From Gemmatimonadota bacterium (GTDB taxonomy: Bacteria > Gemmatimonadota > Gemmatimonadetes > Longimicrobiales > RSA9): DNA of 41,594 nucleotides. The notes beneath the pieces were generated by a model that had not been told where the DNA came from, did no database searches, and saw only the letters and a program-made list of their open reading frames with translations. The stretch is from contig JBBDRO010000003.1 of NCBI GenBank assembly GCA_040905425.1, positions 21,450 through 63,043 of the forward strand, given 5' to 3'. Both the position numbers and the translations under genes were made by a program. Positions 19,523-27,367 of this stretch are shown in pieces (positions within the stretch are counted from its first letter, which is position 1; the number at the start of each line of letters is the position of its first letter).

Positions 19523-21316
19523 TCACGCCGCCGTTCGGGCGGTGCTCTTCGAGCTGGCGATCATGGCCCGCAGGCTTTCAACGCCCCGGGGCTCGTCCAC
19601 CAGCCGTGGGACCACGTAGGTCCGCTCGGCCAGTTCGGAGGCCACCCGCTCGATCTGCTCCACCTCCTCGGCCGCCCGGCGCCGCAGCAGCGGGTCCGAG
19701 GGCCCGGCCGCCGCCAGGCTGTTGTTCACGACCCAGCCGTACGGCTCGATGCCGGCCCGGGCCAGGTCATCGGCCAGCGCGCTGGCTTCCAGCACCGGCG
19801 TGGTCTCGGCCAGCGTGACCAGGAGCACCCGCGTGTATTCGGGGTCCCGGAGCCGCATGAGGGGCGTGGTGACGGCGCCCTGCCGGTCGCCGGCGTTGCG
19901 CATGATCTCCCGGTGGTACGACCCCGCCGAGTCCAGCAGCAGGAGCGTGTGGCCCGTGGGGGCCGTGTCCATGATCACCAGCTCCCGGCGCGCCCCCGCG
20001 ACGACTTTCGAGAAGGCGTGGAACACCGCCACCTCCTCGGTGCACGGCGAGCGCAGGTCCTCCTCGAGGAGCGCGCGGCCTTCGTCATCCAGGTCCTTGC
20101 CGGCCCGGGCCAGGACTTTGGCACGGTACGCCTCGACCTCGGCCTCCGGGTCGATCCGCGTCACCTGAAGAAGACCCTCCGACTCGCCCACCACGTCGGC
20201 CACGTGGGCGGCCGGGTCCGTGGTGGTGAGGTGGACCGGGACGTTCCGCGACGCCAGCTCCACGGCCAGCGCCGCGGCCACCGACGTCTTGCCGACGCCG
20301 CCCTTGCCCATGACCATCACCAGCCCCCGCTCCCGCTGGACCAGCTCCTCCACCAGCGCGTCCAGCGCCTCGACGTCGGCTGGCAGGGCCGGCACGTAAT
20401 CGGCAGGGAGGGTAGCGCTGGCGCTCCCGTCGCCCACCGGCTGCAGCATCCGCCGCACCGCCGGGAGCCCCACGATGTTCTCACCACGGAGCGGGATCTC
20501 CGACGACGGCACGCTGCGCAGGTTCTCCGGCATCGCCTCAAGCGCCCGGCGGCCCGCTTCCTCCAGCCCCACGGCCAGCGGATCGGTCCGGTCGGTGGCC
20601 TCGAATACGCCATTGACGACCAGCTGCTGGTTGCGGAGCCCCGCCTCCGCCAGCTCACCGCTGGAGCGCGCGGCCTCGTTCAGCGCCCCCGTCTCCGCCC
20701 GGGTCACCAGGACCAGGAGCGTCCGTGCGGCGTCCGACAGCGCCCGCACCGTCTCGGCGTAGCGCTCCTGCTGCATCTGCAAGCCGGACGACGGGCCCAG
20801 GCACGACGCGCCCCGCTCGTTCGTCTCCAGGAACTGCGACCACGCGGCCGGCAGCCGCAGCAGCCGGAGTGTGTGGCCGGTGGGGGCCGTGTCGAACACC
20901 ACGTGGTCGAACCCGGCGGCCGCGCCATCGCCGCCCAGCAGCATGGTGAACTCGTCGAACGCGGCCACCTCCACCGTGCACGCCCCCGAAAGCTGCTCCT
21001 CGATCCCCGCCACCGTCTCGTCCGGCAGCACGCCCCGCACGGGGCCGATCACACGGTCGCGATACGCCTGGGCCGCTTCCTCCGGGTCGATGTTCAGCGC
21101 TTCGAGACCGTCCACGTCCGCGACCGGCCGGGGCTCACGGTCCAGCGGCGTACCCAGGACGTCGTCCAGGTTCGACGCCGGGTCCGTGCTCACCAGCAGC
21201 ACCCGCCGCCCCGCGTCCGCCAGCCGGACGGCCGCAGCCGCCGCCAGCGATGTCTTGCCCACCCCGCCCTTGCCCGTGAAGAACAGGTGCCTCGGTGCCT
21301 CGTCGATCCACTTCAC
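19523..21316 (-). CDS. arsA: Arsenical pump-driving ATPase
   Basis: Two GKGGVGKT, two DTAPTGH, metalloid-binding Cys in GACT, ASCLGP and SPCTEE. Confidence 0.95.
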   Translation of the reverse strand: MKWIDEAPRHLFFTGKGGVGKTSLAAAAAVRLADAGRRVLLVSTDPASNLDDVLGTPLDREPRPVADVDGLEALNIDPEEAAQAYRDRVIGPVRGVLPDETVAGIEEQLSGACTVEVAAFDEFTMLLGGDGAAAGFDHVVFDTAPTGHTLRLLRLPAAWSQFLETNERGASCLGPSSGLQMQQERYAETVRALSDAARTLLVLVTRAETGALNEAARSSGELAEAGLRNQQLVVNGVFEATDRTDPLAVGLEEAGRRALEAMPENLRSVPSSEIPLRGENIVGLPAVRRMLQPVGDGSASATLPADYVPALPADVEALDALVEELVQRERGLVMVMGKGGVGKTSVAAALAVELASRNVPVHLTTTDPAAHVADVVGESEGLLQVTRIDPEAEVEAYRAKVLARAGKDLDDEGRALLEEDLRSPCTEEVAVFHAFSKVVAGARRELVIMDTAPTGHTLLLLDSAGSYHREIMRNAGDRQGAVTTPLMRLRDPEYTRVLLVTLAETTPVLEASALADDLARAGIEPYGWVVNNSLAAAGPSDPLLRRRAAEEVEQIERVASELAERTYVVPRLVDEPRGVESLRAMIASSKSTARTAA

Positions 21317-21672
21317 GCTATACCCCCCACCGCGGACGTCTCGTTTCCAGTGATCTGCTCCAGCGTCGCCCGATCCGGATACTGCCCCGACGCCACCATC
21401 TCCTCACCCCACAGCACCAGCGGGAGACTGGCGGTGCCCCGCTCCTGGAGCGCCCGCCGCACCGCTGGGTTGCTCACGAACGCCCCCGGCTCCTGCGCCG
21501 GATTGTACCTCTCCACCGTCACGCCCCGCCGGATCAGCCAGTCCACGTCCGCCGAGAACCGGGTCAGTGCCGGGTCCACCTCCGGACCGCACACCCCCGT
21601 CGAGCAGCACATCGGCGGATCGTAGACCCGCAGCACCCCATCATTCATTCTTGCCTCGCCGTTCCGGTTCAT
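21313..21672 (-). CDS. arsD: Arsenite metallochaperone
   Basis: YDPPMCCSTGVCGP, RYN...P..F..N, G.YP; start may be 21648; overlaps the arsA GTG. Confidence 0.93.
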   Translation of the reverse strand: MNRNGEARMNDGVLRVYDPPMCCSTGVCGPEVDPALTRFSADVDWLIRRGVTVERYNPAQEPGAFVSNPAVRRALQERGTASLPLVLWGEEMVASGQYPDRATLEQITGNETSAVGGIA

Positions 21673-21681
21673 TTTCCGTTC

Positions 21682-22011
21682 TTACAGCGCCGCCACCAGC
21701 AGCTTCAGCCGCTCGAGCCCCGCTGCGTCAATGCAGTAGCACACCCGCTGGCCATCCACTTCGGCCCGCACCAGCCCCGCCTCCACCAGCACCTTCAGGT
21801 GCTGTGACACCGTCGACTTCGCCAGCGGGAGTCGGTCCGACAGATCCCCGTACTGGCAGCTCTCCTGGGCGGCCAGCAGCCGCACGATCCCCGCACGCAC
21901 TGGGTGGCCCATGGCCTTGGTCAGCACCGCCAGGTCCTCGTCCTCCCGTACGGCTCCCGGCACCGCGCCGGGCAGGTCGAGGGGCGGTCGGGTTGCATGC
22001 TGTGTGGCCAT
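21682..22011 (-). CDS. arsR: ArsR/SmtB transcriptional repressor
   Basis: [30 protein letters not shown]; ATG 22011 with AAGGAG RBS. Confidence 0.88.
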   Translation of the reverse strand: MATQHATRPPLDLPGAVPGAVREDEDLAVLTKAMGHPVRAGIVRLLAAQESCQYGDLSDRLPLAKSTVSQHLKVLVEAGLVRAEVDGQRVCYCIDAAGLERLKLLVAAL

Positions 22012-22023
22012 TACTCTCCTTCG

Positions 22024-22079
22024 TTGTTCGTCGATCACCGAACAATGATAGTGGGACGAGCCAGCATGATCAAGTCGGG
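22024..22079 (-). promoter_or_regulatory. Promoter/operator cassette copy 1 (drives arsR-arsD-arsA-acr3)
   Basis: Minus strand: CCCGAC-TTGATC-17 bp-TATCAT, overlapping the perfect palindrome TTGTTCG-N8-CGAACAA. Confidence 0.85.
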
Positions 22080-22153
22080 GGTTGCCCGCGACCGCCGAGG
22101 GGGGAATTCCCCACCCGCCGGTGAGTGTTTCGCCTCGATCCGATCGGGCTGGC

Positions 22154-22378
22154 TCACCCGCAGCACCCGCCCGGTCCCCCGGGACCACAGGCCGAGCGCC
22201 GGATCGGGTCAAGCCCTCGTGAGGATCCGATGACGAAGGCGCCGGTGAGGAGCTGGCGCGCGCTCTTCGCCCCGCAACGAGGACACGTGGGCGCCAGGCC
22301 GGCCGCCTTTTCCCCGATGGAGGCACGCACCTCGAAGGTGTCCTGACAACGAAGGCACTCGTACACGTAGGTCGGCAT
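22154..22378 (-). CDS. FmdB-family zinc-ribbon protein with a Cys-rich tail
   Basis: MPTYVYECLRC..FEV..CPRCG; tail ACGPGGPGGCCG. Confidence 0.85.
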   Translation of the reverse strand: MPTYVYECLRCQDTFEVRASIGEKAAGLAPTCPRCGAKSARQLLTGAFVIGSSRGLDPIRRSACGPGGPGGCCG

Positions 22379-22401
22379 AGTTCAGTTCTCCGGCCGGTGC
22401 A

Positions 22402-22776
22402 TCAGCAGGTGGCGGTCCCCGCCATCTGAGCGAAGTCGAGGGACAGCAGGGTCGTGACCTCCCGGTTGATCTCCCGCAGAAACGCGACCGCGTCCTGTTG
22501 CGTCCGGAAGTACTCCATCAGAGCGGGATGGGCGCGAACCCGTTGCTGGATATTCTCCAGAGTGCGCAGGTCTTCCGCCTCGAACCGCCCGCCCTGGACG
22601 CGCTCCTGCGCCTGCTCCAGCCCGGTGAGCAGCTCCATGGCCTCGGGGTCGCTCCGGATGGCCTCCAGCGCGTCCTCATGGCGGAGGAAGGCGGCCGAGG
22701 CCACGATGTTTGCCGACAGCACGGTCAGCGCTTCCGCCACGGCCGTGGGAATCTCGATGTCGTTCGTCGATGCCAT
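22402..22776 (-). CDS. YlbF/YmcA-family (Com_YlbF-like) protein with a single C-terminal Cys
   Basis: Helical pattern A...LSANI.AS..F......I.SDPEA..L....HP...EYF..Q; ends GTATC. Confidence 0.7.
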   Translation of the reverse strand: MASTNDIEIPTAVAEALTVLSANIVASAAFLRHEDALEAIRSDPEAMELLTGLEQAQERVQGGRFEAEDLRTLENIQQRVRAHPALMEYFRTQQDAVAFLREINREVTTLLSLDFAQMAGTATC

Positions 22777-22786
22777 CCGTCCACCC

Positions 22787-23203
22787 CTATCCACAGCAGC
22801 CGCCTCCACAGGCGGATGCATAGTCAAACCCGATTTCGCCGGAGAGCCTGTCGCCCAGGGCCTGGCAGAGCTCCTTCAGGCTTTCCTGTGCCTCCAGAAA
22901 CGCCCGCACAGAGGGCTGCTCGACCATGGACTGTTGGAAACGCCCCAGCTCCTGCTGCTCCTCCTCGCCGATGGCGCCTGAACGGAGGCCGGACGCCAGA
23001 GATGCGCGCCTGCGCCGGTACGCATGGATGGCGCTCTGTGCCGCCGCGTCGCTCCGCAGGGTACGTTCGGTTTCCTCGAAAGCCCGGTACGCATCCGTAT
23101 CGGCCAGCGCCCCCGCAAAGTCCCGGGCCGCCTGCTTCACCACCGTGTCCGGCGCCACGTCGAGCACCGTGCGGTCTCGGCGTCTGAAGGCGGGATCATT
23201 CAT
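22787..23203 (-). CDS. YlbF/YmcA-family protein with a Cys-rich tail
   Basis: AARDFAGALADTDAYRAF..L.SD.....P.VRAFLEAQE.L; ends ACGGGCCG; GGAGG RBS. Confidence 0.78.
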   Translation of the reverse strand: MNDPAFRRRDRTVLDVAPDTVVKQAARDFAGALADTDAYRAFEETERTLRSDAAAQSAIHAYRRRRASLASGLRSGAIGEEEQQELGRFQQSMVEQPSVRAFLEAQESLKELCQALGDRLSGEIGFDYASACGGGCCG

Positions 23204-23271
23204 GCAAACCTCCCTCGAGTCTGCTCCAGGTCCGGGCGTAGTCCCAGAGCTGTGTCACAGTACTCAGTTCG

Positions 23272-23327
23272 TTGTTCGTAGATCACCGATACATGGTAGT
23301 GGGACGAGCCGGCCCGATCAAGTCGGG
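23272..23327 (-). promoter_or_regulatory. Promoter/operator cassette copy 2 (drives ylbF-ylbF-fmdB)
   Basis: Minus strand CCCGAC-TTGATC-17 bp-TACCAT; operator (plus strand) TTGTTCG-N8-CGATACA. Confidence 0.85.
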
Positions 23328-23992
23328 AGTTGCCCCACCGAGGGCCGGCCGTTTCCCCACGGGTGGCCCCGGGGGTCGGTCCGTCGGGCCGTGATCAGGA
23401 ACAGGGTGTACTCACGGGCGGGGCCGGCCTGTTCGGTGCGGATCGTGTAGGCGGTCTCGGCCCGACCTTCCGTCAGGCCCGCCTGGTCGAGGACCGCGAG
23501 CAATTCCTTGCGGTCGAACCCGTGGTGCACGTTCGCCGCGGGATCCTCGTGGAACGACCCGTTCTCGGTGTCGAGGTCGCACAGCGCCAACCAGCCGCCC
23601 GGCGTGAGGTGGTCGGCCAGGAGCCGGATGGCGGGTGTGATCTCGGGGATGTGGTGCAGGGTCAGCAGGGAGACGATGGCGTCGTACCGGCGAGGCAGGC
23701 GGGGGGTGTCGGGATCGAGTCGCAGGACGCGGCCCTGGGGGTGCCGTCCGGCGCGGAGCTTCTCGCGGACGCGGTCCAGCATCCCGTCGGACGTGTCGGC
23801 GAAGGTCACGCTCGAGACATGGGGCAGCAGCTCGAACCCGAGCAGTCCGGTGCCGCTGCCGAACTCAAGGATGTCCATGTCTCGGTCCAGCGGGACGGCT
23901 TCCATGATCCGCTGCGCGACGACCGCCGCGCGATCGATCCGGGCCGGGTCGTCGTCCCAGGTCAGGGCCTTCGCGTCGAAGTCCTCGTTCAC
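23318..23992 (-). CDS. Class I SAM-dependent methyltransferase
   Basis: FDAKALTWD, LEFGSGTGLL, DTSDGML, TLHHI, DL..E.GSFH, HHGF; GTGA overlap with cfa. Confidence 0.88.
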   Translation of the reverse strand: MNEDFDAKALTWDDDPARIDRAAVVAQRIMEAVPLDRDMDILEFGSGTGLLGFELLPHVSSVTFADTSDGMLDRVREKLRAGRHPQGRVLRLDPDTPRLPRRYDAIVSLLTLHHIPEITPAIRLLADHLTPGGWLALCDLDTENGSFHEDPAANVHHGFDRKELLAVLDQAGLTEGRAETAYTIRTEQAGPAREYTLFLITARRTDPRGHPWGNGRPSVGQLPT

Positions 23993-25137
23993 GCCCAGGC
24001 CTCCGCCCGGCTGAGTCGGCGGATGGACCGGTAGCCGCCTGGAACGCCGTGCCTGGAGAGCACGATCTGCCAGAGCTGGATGTGCCGGGCTCTGAACGCG
24101 CCGGCGCTGGACAGCAGGTAGAACCTCCACATCCGGTAGAACCGCTCGTCGTATTGCTCCCTGATCCGGTGCCAGTTTGAGGTGAAGTTCTCGTGCCAGG
24201 CCAGGAGCGTGCGGTCGTAGTGTGCGCCGAAGCCGTGCCAGTCCTCCATGACGAAGAGGTCCTCCATCGCCGGTCCGAGCTGGGCGATGGACGGAAGCAT
24301 GCCGTTCGGGAAGATGTAGCGCTGGGTCCAGGGCTCGGTGCTGGTGGCGGAGCGGTTGCCGCCGATGGTGTGCAGGAGGAAGAGGCCGTCGTCGGCCAGG
24401 CAGCGGTGGGCCACCTCCAGGTACGTCCGGTAGTTCTTGTAGCCCACGTGCTCGATCATGCCGATACTGACGATCCGGTCAAAGGTGCCCTCGAGGTCCC
24501 GGTAGTCCATGATCTCGAACTGCACCGGAAGCCCCTCGCACAGGCGCCTACCCAGCTCCACCTGTTCCTTCGACACCGTGACACCGAGCACTTCCACGCC
24601 GTACCGCTCCGCCGCGTACCTGCCGAACGCCCCCCAACCGCACCCGATGTCCAACACACGCATCCCCGGTTCCAGCTCGAGCTTCTGACAGATGAGCTCC
24701 AGCTTCTGCTCCTGGGCCTCGTCCAGCGAGTACGCATCCTCCCAGTACGCACAGCTGTAGTTCATACGTGCGTCCAGCATGTTACGGAACAGCTCGTTGC
24801 CCCGATCGTAGTGCCGCTCCCCGATCTCGAAGGCGCGGCGCCGGGACTGGAGGTTGAGCGTCCGAGCCATGACGACCGTCATCAGCGTGGACCACGAGCG
24901 CCGGACCTCCCGGTCGAGACGCGCCCGCAGGACCCGGGCAATGAACTCGTCCAGCTGGTCGGCCTCCCACCACCCATCCATGTATGCCTCGCCCAGCCCG
25001 AGTTCCCCCTTCGTCAACACCCGCCGGAACAGCCGCGGGTCCTTCACCTGGATGTCCCACCGGTTCGGACCGTCTACAGTTATTTCGGCTTTATCCAGAA
25101 GGTCCTCCACGAGGGCGCGGAAACGATCTCGACTCAT
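23989..25137 (-). CDS. cfa: Cyclopropane-fatty-acyl-phospholipid synthase
   Basis: GELGLGEAYMDGWW, HYDRGN, MNYSCAYW, LDIGCGWG, SIGMIEHVG, YIFPNG, HY.RTL..W; AAGGAGG RBS. Confidence 0.93.
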   Translation of the reverse strand: MSRDRFRALVEDLLDKAEITVDGPNRWDIQVKDPRLFRRVLTKGELGLGEAYMDGWWEADQLDEFIARVLRARLDREVRRSWSTLMTVVMARTLNLQSRRRAFEIGERHYDRGNELFRNMLDARMNYSCAYWEDAYSLDEAQEQKLELICQKLELEPGMRVLDIGCGWGAFGRYAAERYGVEVLGVTVSKEQVELGRRLCEGLPVQFEIMDYRDLEGTFDRIVSIGMIEHVGYKNYRTYLEVAHRCLADDGLFLLHTIGGNRSATSTEPWTQRYIFPNGMLPSIAQLGPAMEDLFVMEDWHGFGAHYDRTLLAWHENFTSNWHRIREQYDERFYRMWRFYLLSSAGAFRARHIQLWQIVLSRHGVPGGYRSIRRLSRAEAWA

Positions 25138-25185
25138 CGGTAGCCTCCTTCGACGGGCCCGGCAGGACACCGAGAACTATGTTCG

Positions 25186-25247
25186 TTGTTCGTCGATACA
25201 CGAATAACGGTAGTATAAGGTGCCCGGGGGCCCCGGATCAAGTCGGG
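25186..25247 (-). promoter_or_regulatory. Promoter/operator cassette copy 3 (drives cfa-methyltransferase)
   Basis: Minus strand CCCGAC-TTGATC-18 bp-TATACT; operator TTGTTCG-N8-CGAATAA. Confidence 0.8.
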
Positions 25248-25373
25248 AAAACCTCCATTTCCAGGAGGGGGAACGCCCTACGCGGACAGCCGCCGCCGCG
25301 GTGCCATGAGGGTTCGGATCAAGATGTCACGGTCGTCTCCCCGGGAGGGATCGCCACTCTCAAGCGTCCGGGC

Positions 25374-25407
25374 TTGACGGACCCGCTTTTATCGTATATC
25401 TACGATA
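25374..25407 (+). promoter_or_regulatory. Probable promoter and ArsR operator upstream of arsR (25441)
   Basis: TTGACG at 25374 and the perfect palindrome TATCGTA-N4-TACGATA (= ATCG-N8-CGAT). Confidence 0.7.
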
Positions 25408-25440
25408 GACGATGACTCGTCCGCGAGGAGTGCCTCGATC

Positions 25441-25779
25441 ATGAAGTCGACCCCACAGTGTTGCCCGCCCTCCGGGACGGCTGCCGCGGTGCCGCGCGAC
25501 GAGGCCCTCGCCGACGAGCAGCTCGCGCGGCTCGGGAAGGCGCTGGGTCACCCGGCCCGGGTGGCGATTATCCGGCTGCTCCTCCGGCGCAACGAGTGCA
25601 TGACCGGGGAGATCGTGAATGAGCTTCCGCTCGCCCAGTCGACGGTGTCGCAGCACCTGAAGCAGCTCAGGGAGGCGGGTCTCATCCGGGGTGGGGTTGA
25701 CGGCCCCCGGGTCTGCTACTGCGTCGATGAGGGGTCGCTCGCGCTGCTCCAGGCGCTGGTCGAGGGGCTGAGACAATGA
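25441..25779 (+). CDS. arsR: ArsR/SmtB repressor with N-terminal vicinal Cys
   Basis: [36 protein letters not shown]; GAGGAG RBS. Confidence 0.88.
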   Translation: MKSTPQCCPPSGTAAAVPRDEALADEQLARLGKALGHPARVAIIRLLLRRNECMTGEIVNELPLAQSTVSQHLKQLREAGLIRGGVDGPRVCYCVDEGSLALLQALVEGLRQ

Positions 25780-25792
25780 CGAGAGACGAGCG

Positions 25793-26233
25793 ATGACGAC
25801 GAGCGTCTACAGAGCCAGGGGCTCCAACGCGCCCGGTAGCGACGCGAAGATCGAGACGCTGGCGGCCACGATCGCGTTCGACGGGAGTCAGGGTATGGAT
25901 GACGCCGTTCCCGGGCCCGCGCACCTTCTGGCGGGCTCGCTGGTGGCGTGTCTGCTAAAGAACGTGGAGCGTTTCCATCACATGCTGCCCTTCGCCTACT
26001 CGACCGCGTCGGCGGACGTAGAGCTCGAGCGACGGGACGCGCCGCCGGCCATCGTAGGGGCGCGCTACGTCCTCGAGGTGCACAGCGATGAGCCCGCCCC
26101 TCGCTGCGCGCTGCTCCACAAGAACGTGCGCAAGTTCGGGACGATCACCAACACGCTGGCGGCCGCGTGCGAGCTCGAGGGTACGCTGCGCGTGGTCCGG
26201 TCCGACGACAGCGCCGAGGAGTTCACGGCATGA
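25793..26233 (+). CDS. OsmC/Ohr-like protein
   Basis: PGPAHLLAGSLVAC, R.D.PP.I, K.GTITNTL. Confidence 0.75.
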   Translation: MTTSVYRARGSNAPGSDAKIETLAATIAFDGSQGMDDAVPGPAHLLAGSLVACLLKNVERFHHMLPFAYSTASADVELERRDAPPAIVGARYVLEVHSDEPAPRCALLHKNVRKFGTITNTLAAACELEGTLRVVRSDDSAEEFTA

Positions 26234-26260
26234 TGCTCCCTCTTCTTTCACGACCTGCCT

Positions 26261-26276
26261 ATCGCATTCGGACGAT
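26261..26276. promoter_or_regulatory. Candidate ArsR operator upstream of the arsD fusion
   Basis: ATCG-N8-CGAT, same geometry as the other operators. Confidence 0.5.
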
Positions 26277-26298
26277 GGATGACAACCAAGGAGAACCG

Positions 26299-26943
26299 AT
26301 GACCCCGAAGGACATAACGATCTACGATCCCGCGATGTGCTGCTCGACAGGCGTGTGCGGACCGGAGGTCGACCCCAAGCTGGCGCGATTCTCGGCCGAC
26401 CTGGACTGGCTGTCCTCCCGGGGCGTCACCGTACGGCGCCTCAACCTCGCCCAGGAGCCGGGGGCCTTCGCCGAGGACGCCGATGCCAGAGCAGCGCTGC
26501 AACGCAGCGGCGAGTCTGCCCTCCCGCTCATCAAGGCGGGCGATGCCGTCGTCAGCAGCGGCGCCTACCCGTCGCGCGATGAGCTCGCGGCCTGGGCCGG
26601 GCTCGCGTCCACCCCGAGCCTCTACACTGAAGCAGTGGCCGAGCTCGTCGCCATCGGCGCGGCCCTCGCCTCGAACTGCGATCCCTGCTTCAAGTTCCAC
26701 TACGACAAGGCGCGCAAGCTCGGCGTGTCACGCGAGGACATGCTGCGGGCCGTCACGACCGCGCAGAACGTCAAGGACACCCCGGCGCGGGCGATGCTCG
26801 ATCTCGCGCAGCGCTACCTTGGGCGTGAAGATGAAGCGCAGGACGGAGCAGCGCCCGCCGGAGCAACGCCCGCCGGCACGAGCGGGTGCTGTGGGTCCGA
26901 TGCGGCGCCCATTGCCATCGGGAATACGTCGAGCTGCTGCTGA
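26299..26943 (+). CDS. arsD: ArsD fused to an AhpD/CMD-like CxxC domain
   Basis: N-terminal YDPAMCCSTGVCGP; C-terminal ELVAIGAALASNCDPCFKFH...A.KLG; tail GCCG...SSCC; AAGGAG RBS. Confidence 0.85.
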   Translation: MTPKDITIYDPAMCCSTGVCGPEVDPKLARFSADLDWLSSRGVTVRRLNLAQEPGAFAEDADARAALQRSGESALPLIKAGDAVVSSGAYPSRDELAAWAGLASTPSLYTEAVAELVAIGAALASNCDPCFKFHYDKARKLGVSREDMLRAVTTAQNVKDTPARAMLDLAQRYLGREDEAQDGAAPAGATPAGTSGCCGSDAAPIAIGNTSSCC

Positions 26944-26955
26944 GGGGAGATCCCG

Positions 26956-27309
26956 ATGGAACGCTTCCCGCTCGTCTCCGCGAAGAACCTGCCGGCCTAC
27001 GCGGTGGTCATGGGGAGCTGGCTGCTCATCTCGTTCGCGCTCGCCGTCGGCCTCCGCTGGCTGACTGACGCGGCGCTTGCCTGGCCGGCCGCACTCGGCT
27101 TCGCGGCGATCGCCGTGATGCTGGGGATGTCGATCATGTTCGTGGCCAGCGCCGTGAACCTGCGCAAGCTCCGGCCGGGGTTCGAGAGGCTCGCCGATGG
27201 CGCCGTGGACCCCGGGATCCCGGCCGTCTGGTGCCCGGTGCTCACCATGGCCACCCGCTCGGCGGTCGAATTCCGCGAAGGTCACACGGAGCGATGCACG
27301 AACGTCTGA
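26956..27309 (+). CDS. Small two-TM membrane protein with a HAMP-like segment and WCPVL motif
   Basis: Two hydrophobic stretches, then FERLADG..DPGIP; GGGGAG RBS. Confidence 0.65.
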   Translation: MERFPLVSAKNLPAYAVVMGSWLLISFALAVGLRWLTDAALAWPAALGFAAIAVMLGMSIMFVASAVNLRKLRPGFERLADGAVDPGIPAVWCPVLTMATRSAVEFREGHTERCTNV

Positions 27310-27367
27310 GAATCGCTATTGTGTCGCCGACGCGCTGTGACACCTCGACCTGGAACCTTTAGACGTC

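Noticed and set aside
25312-25327. Additional TTGATC (minus strand) as a fifth promoter copy
   Set aside because: No -10 box at 17-18 bp, no CCCGAC and no operator palindrome.
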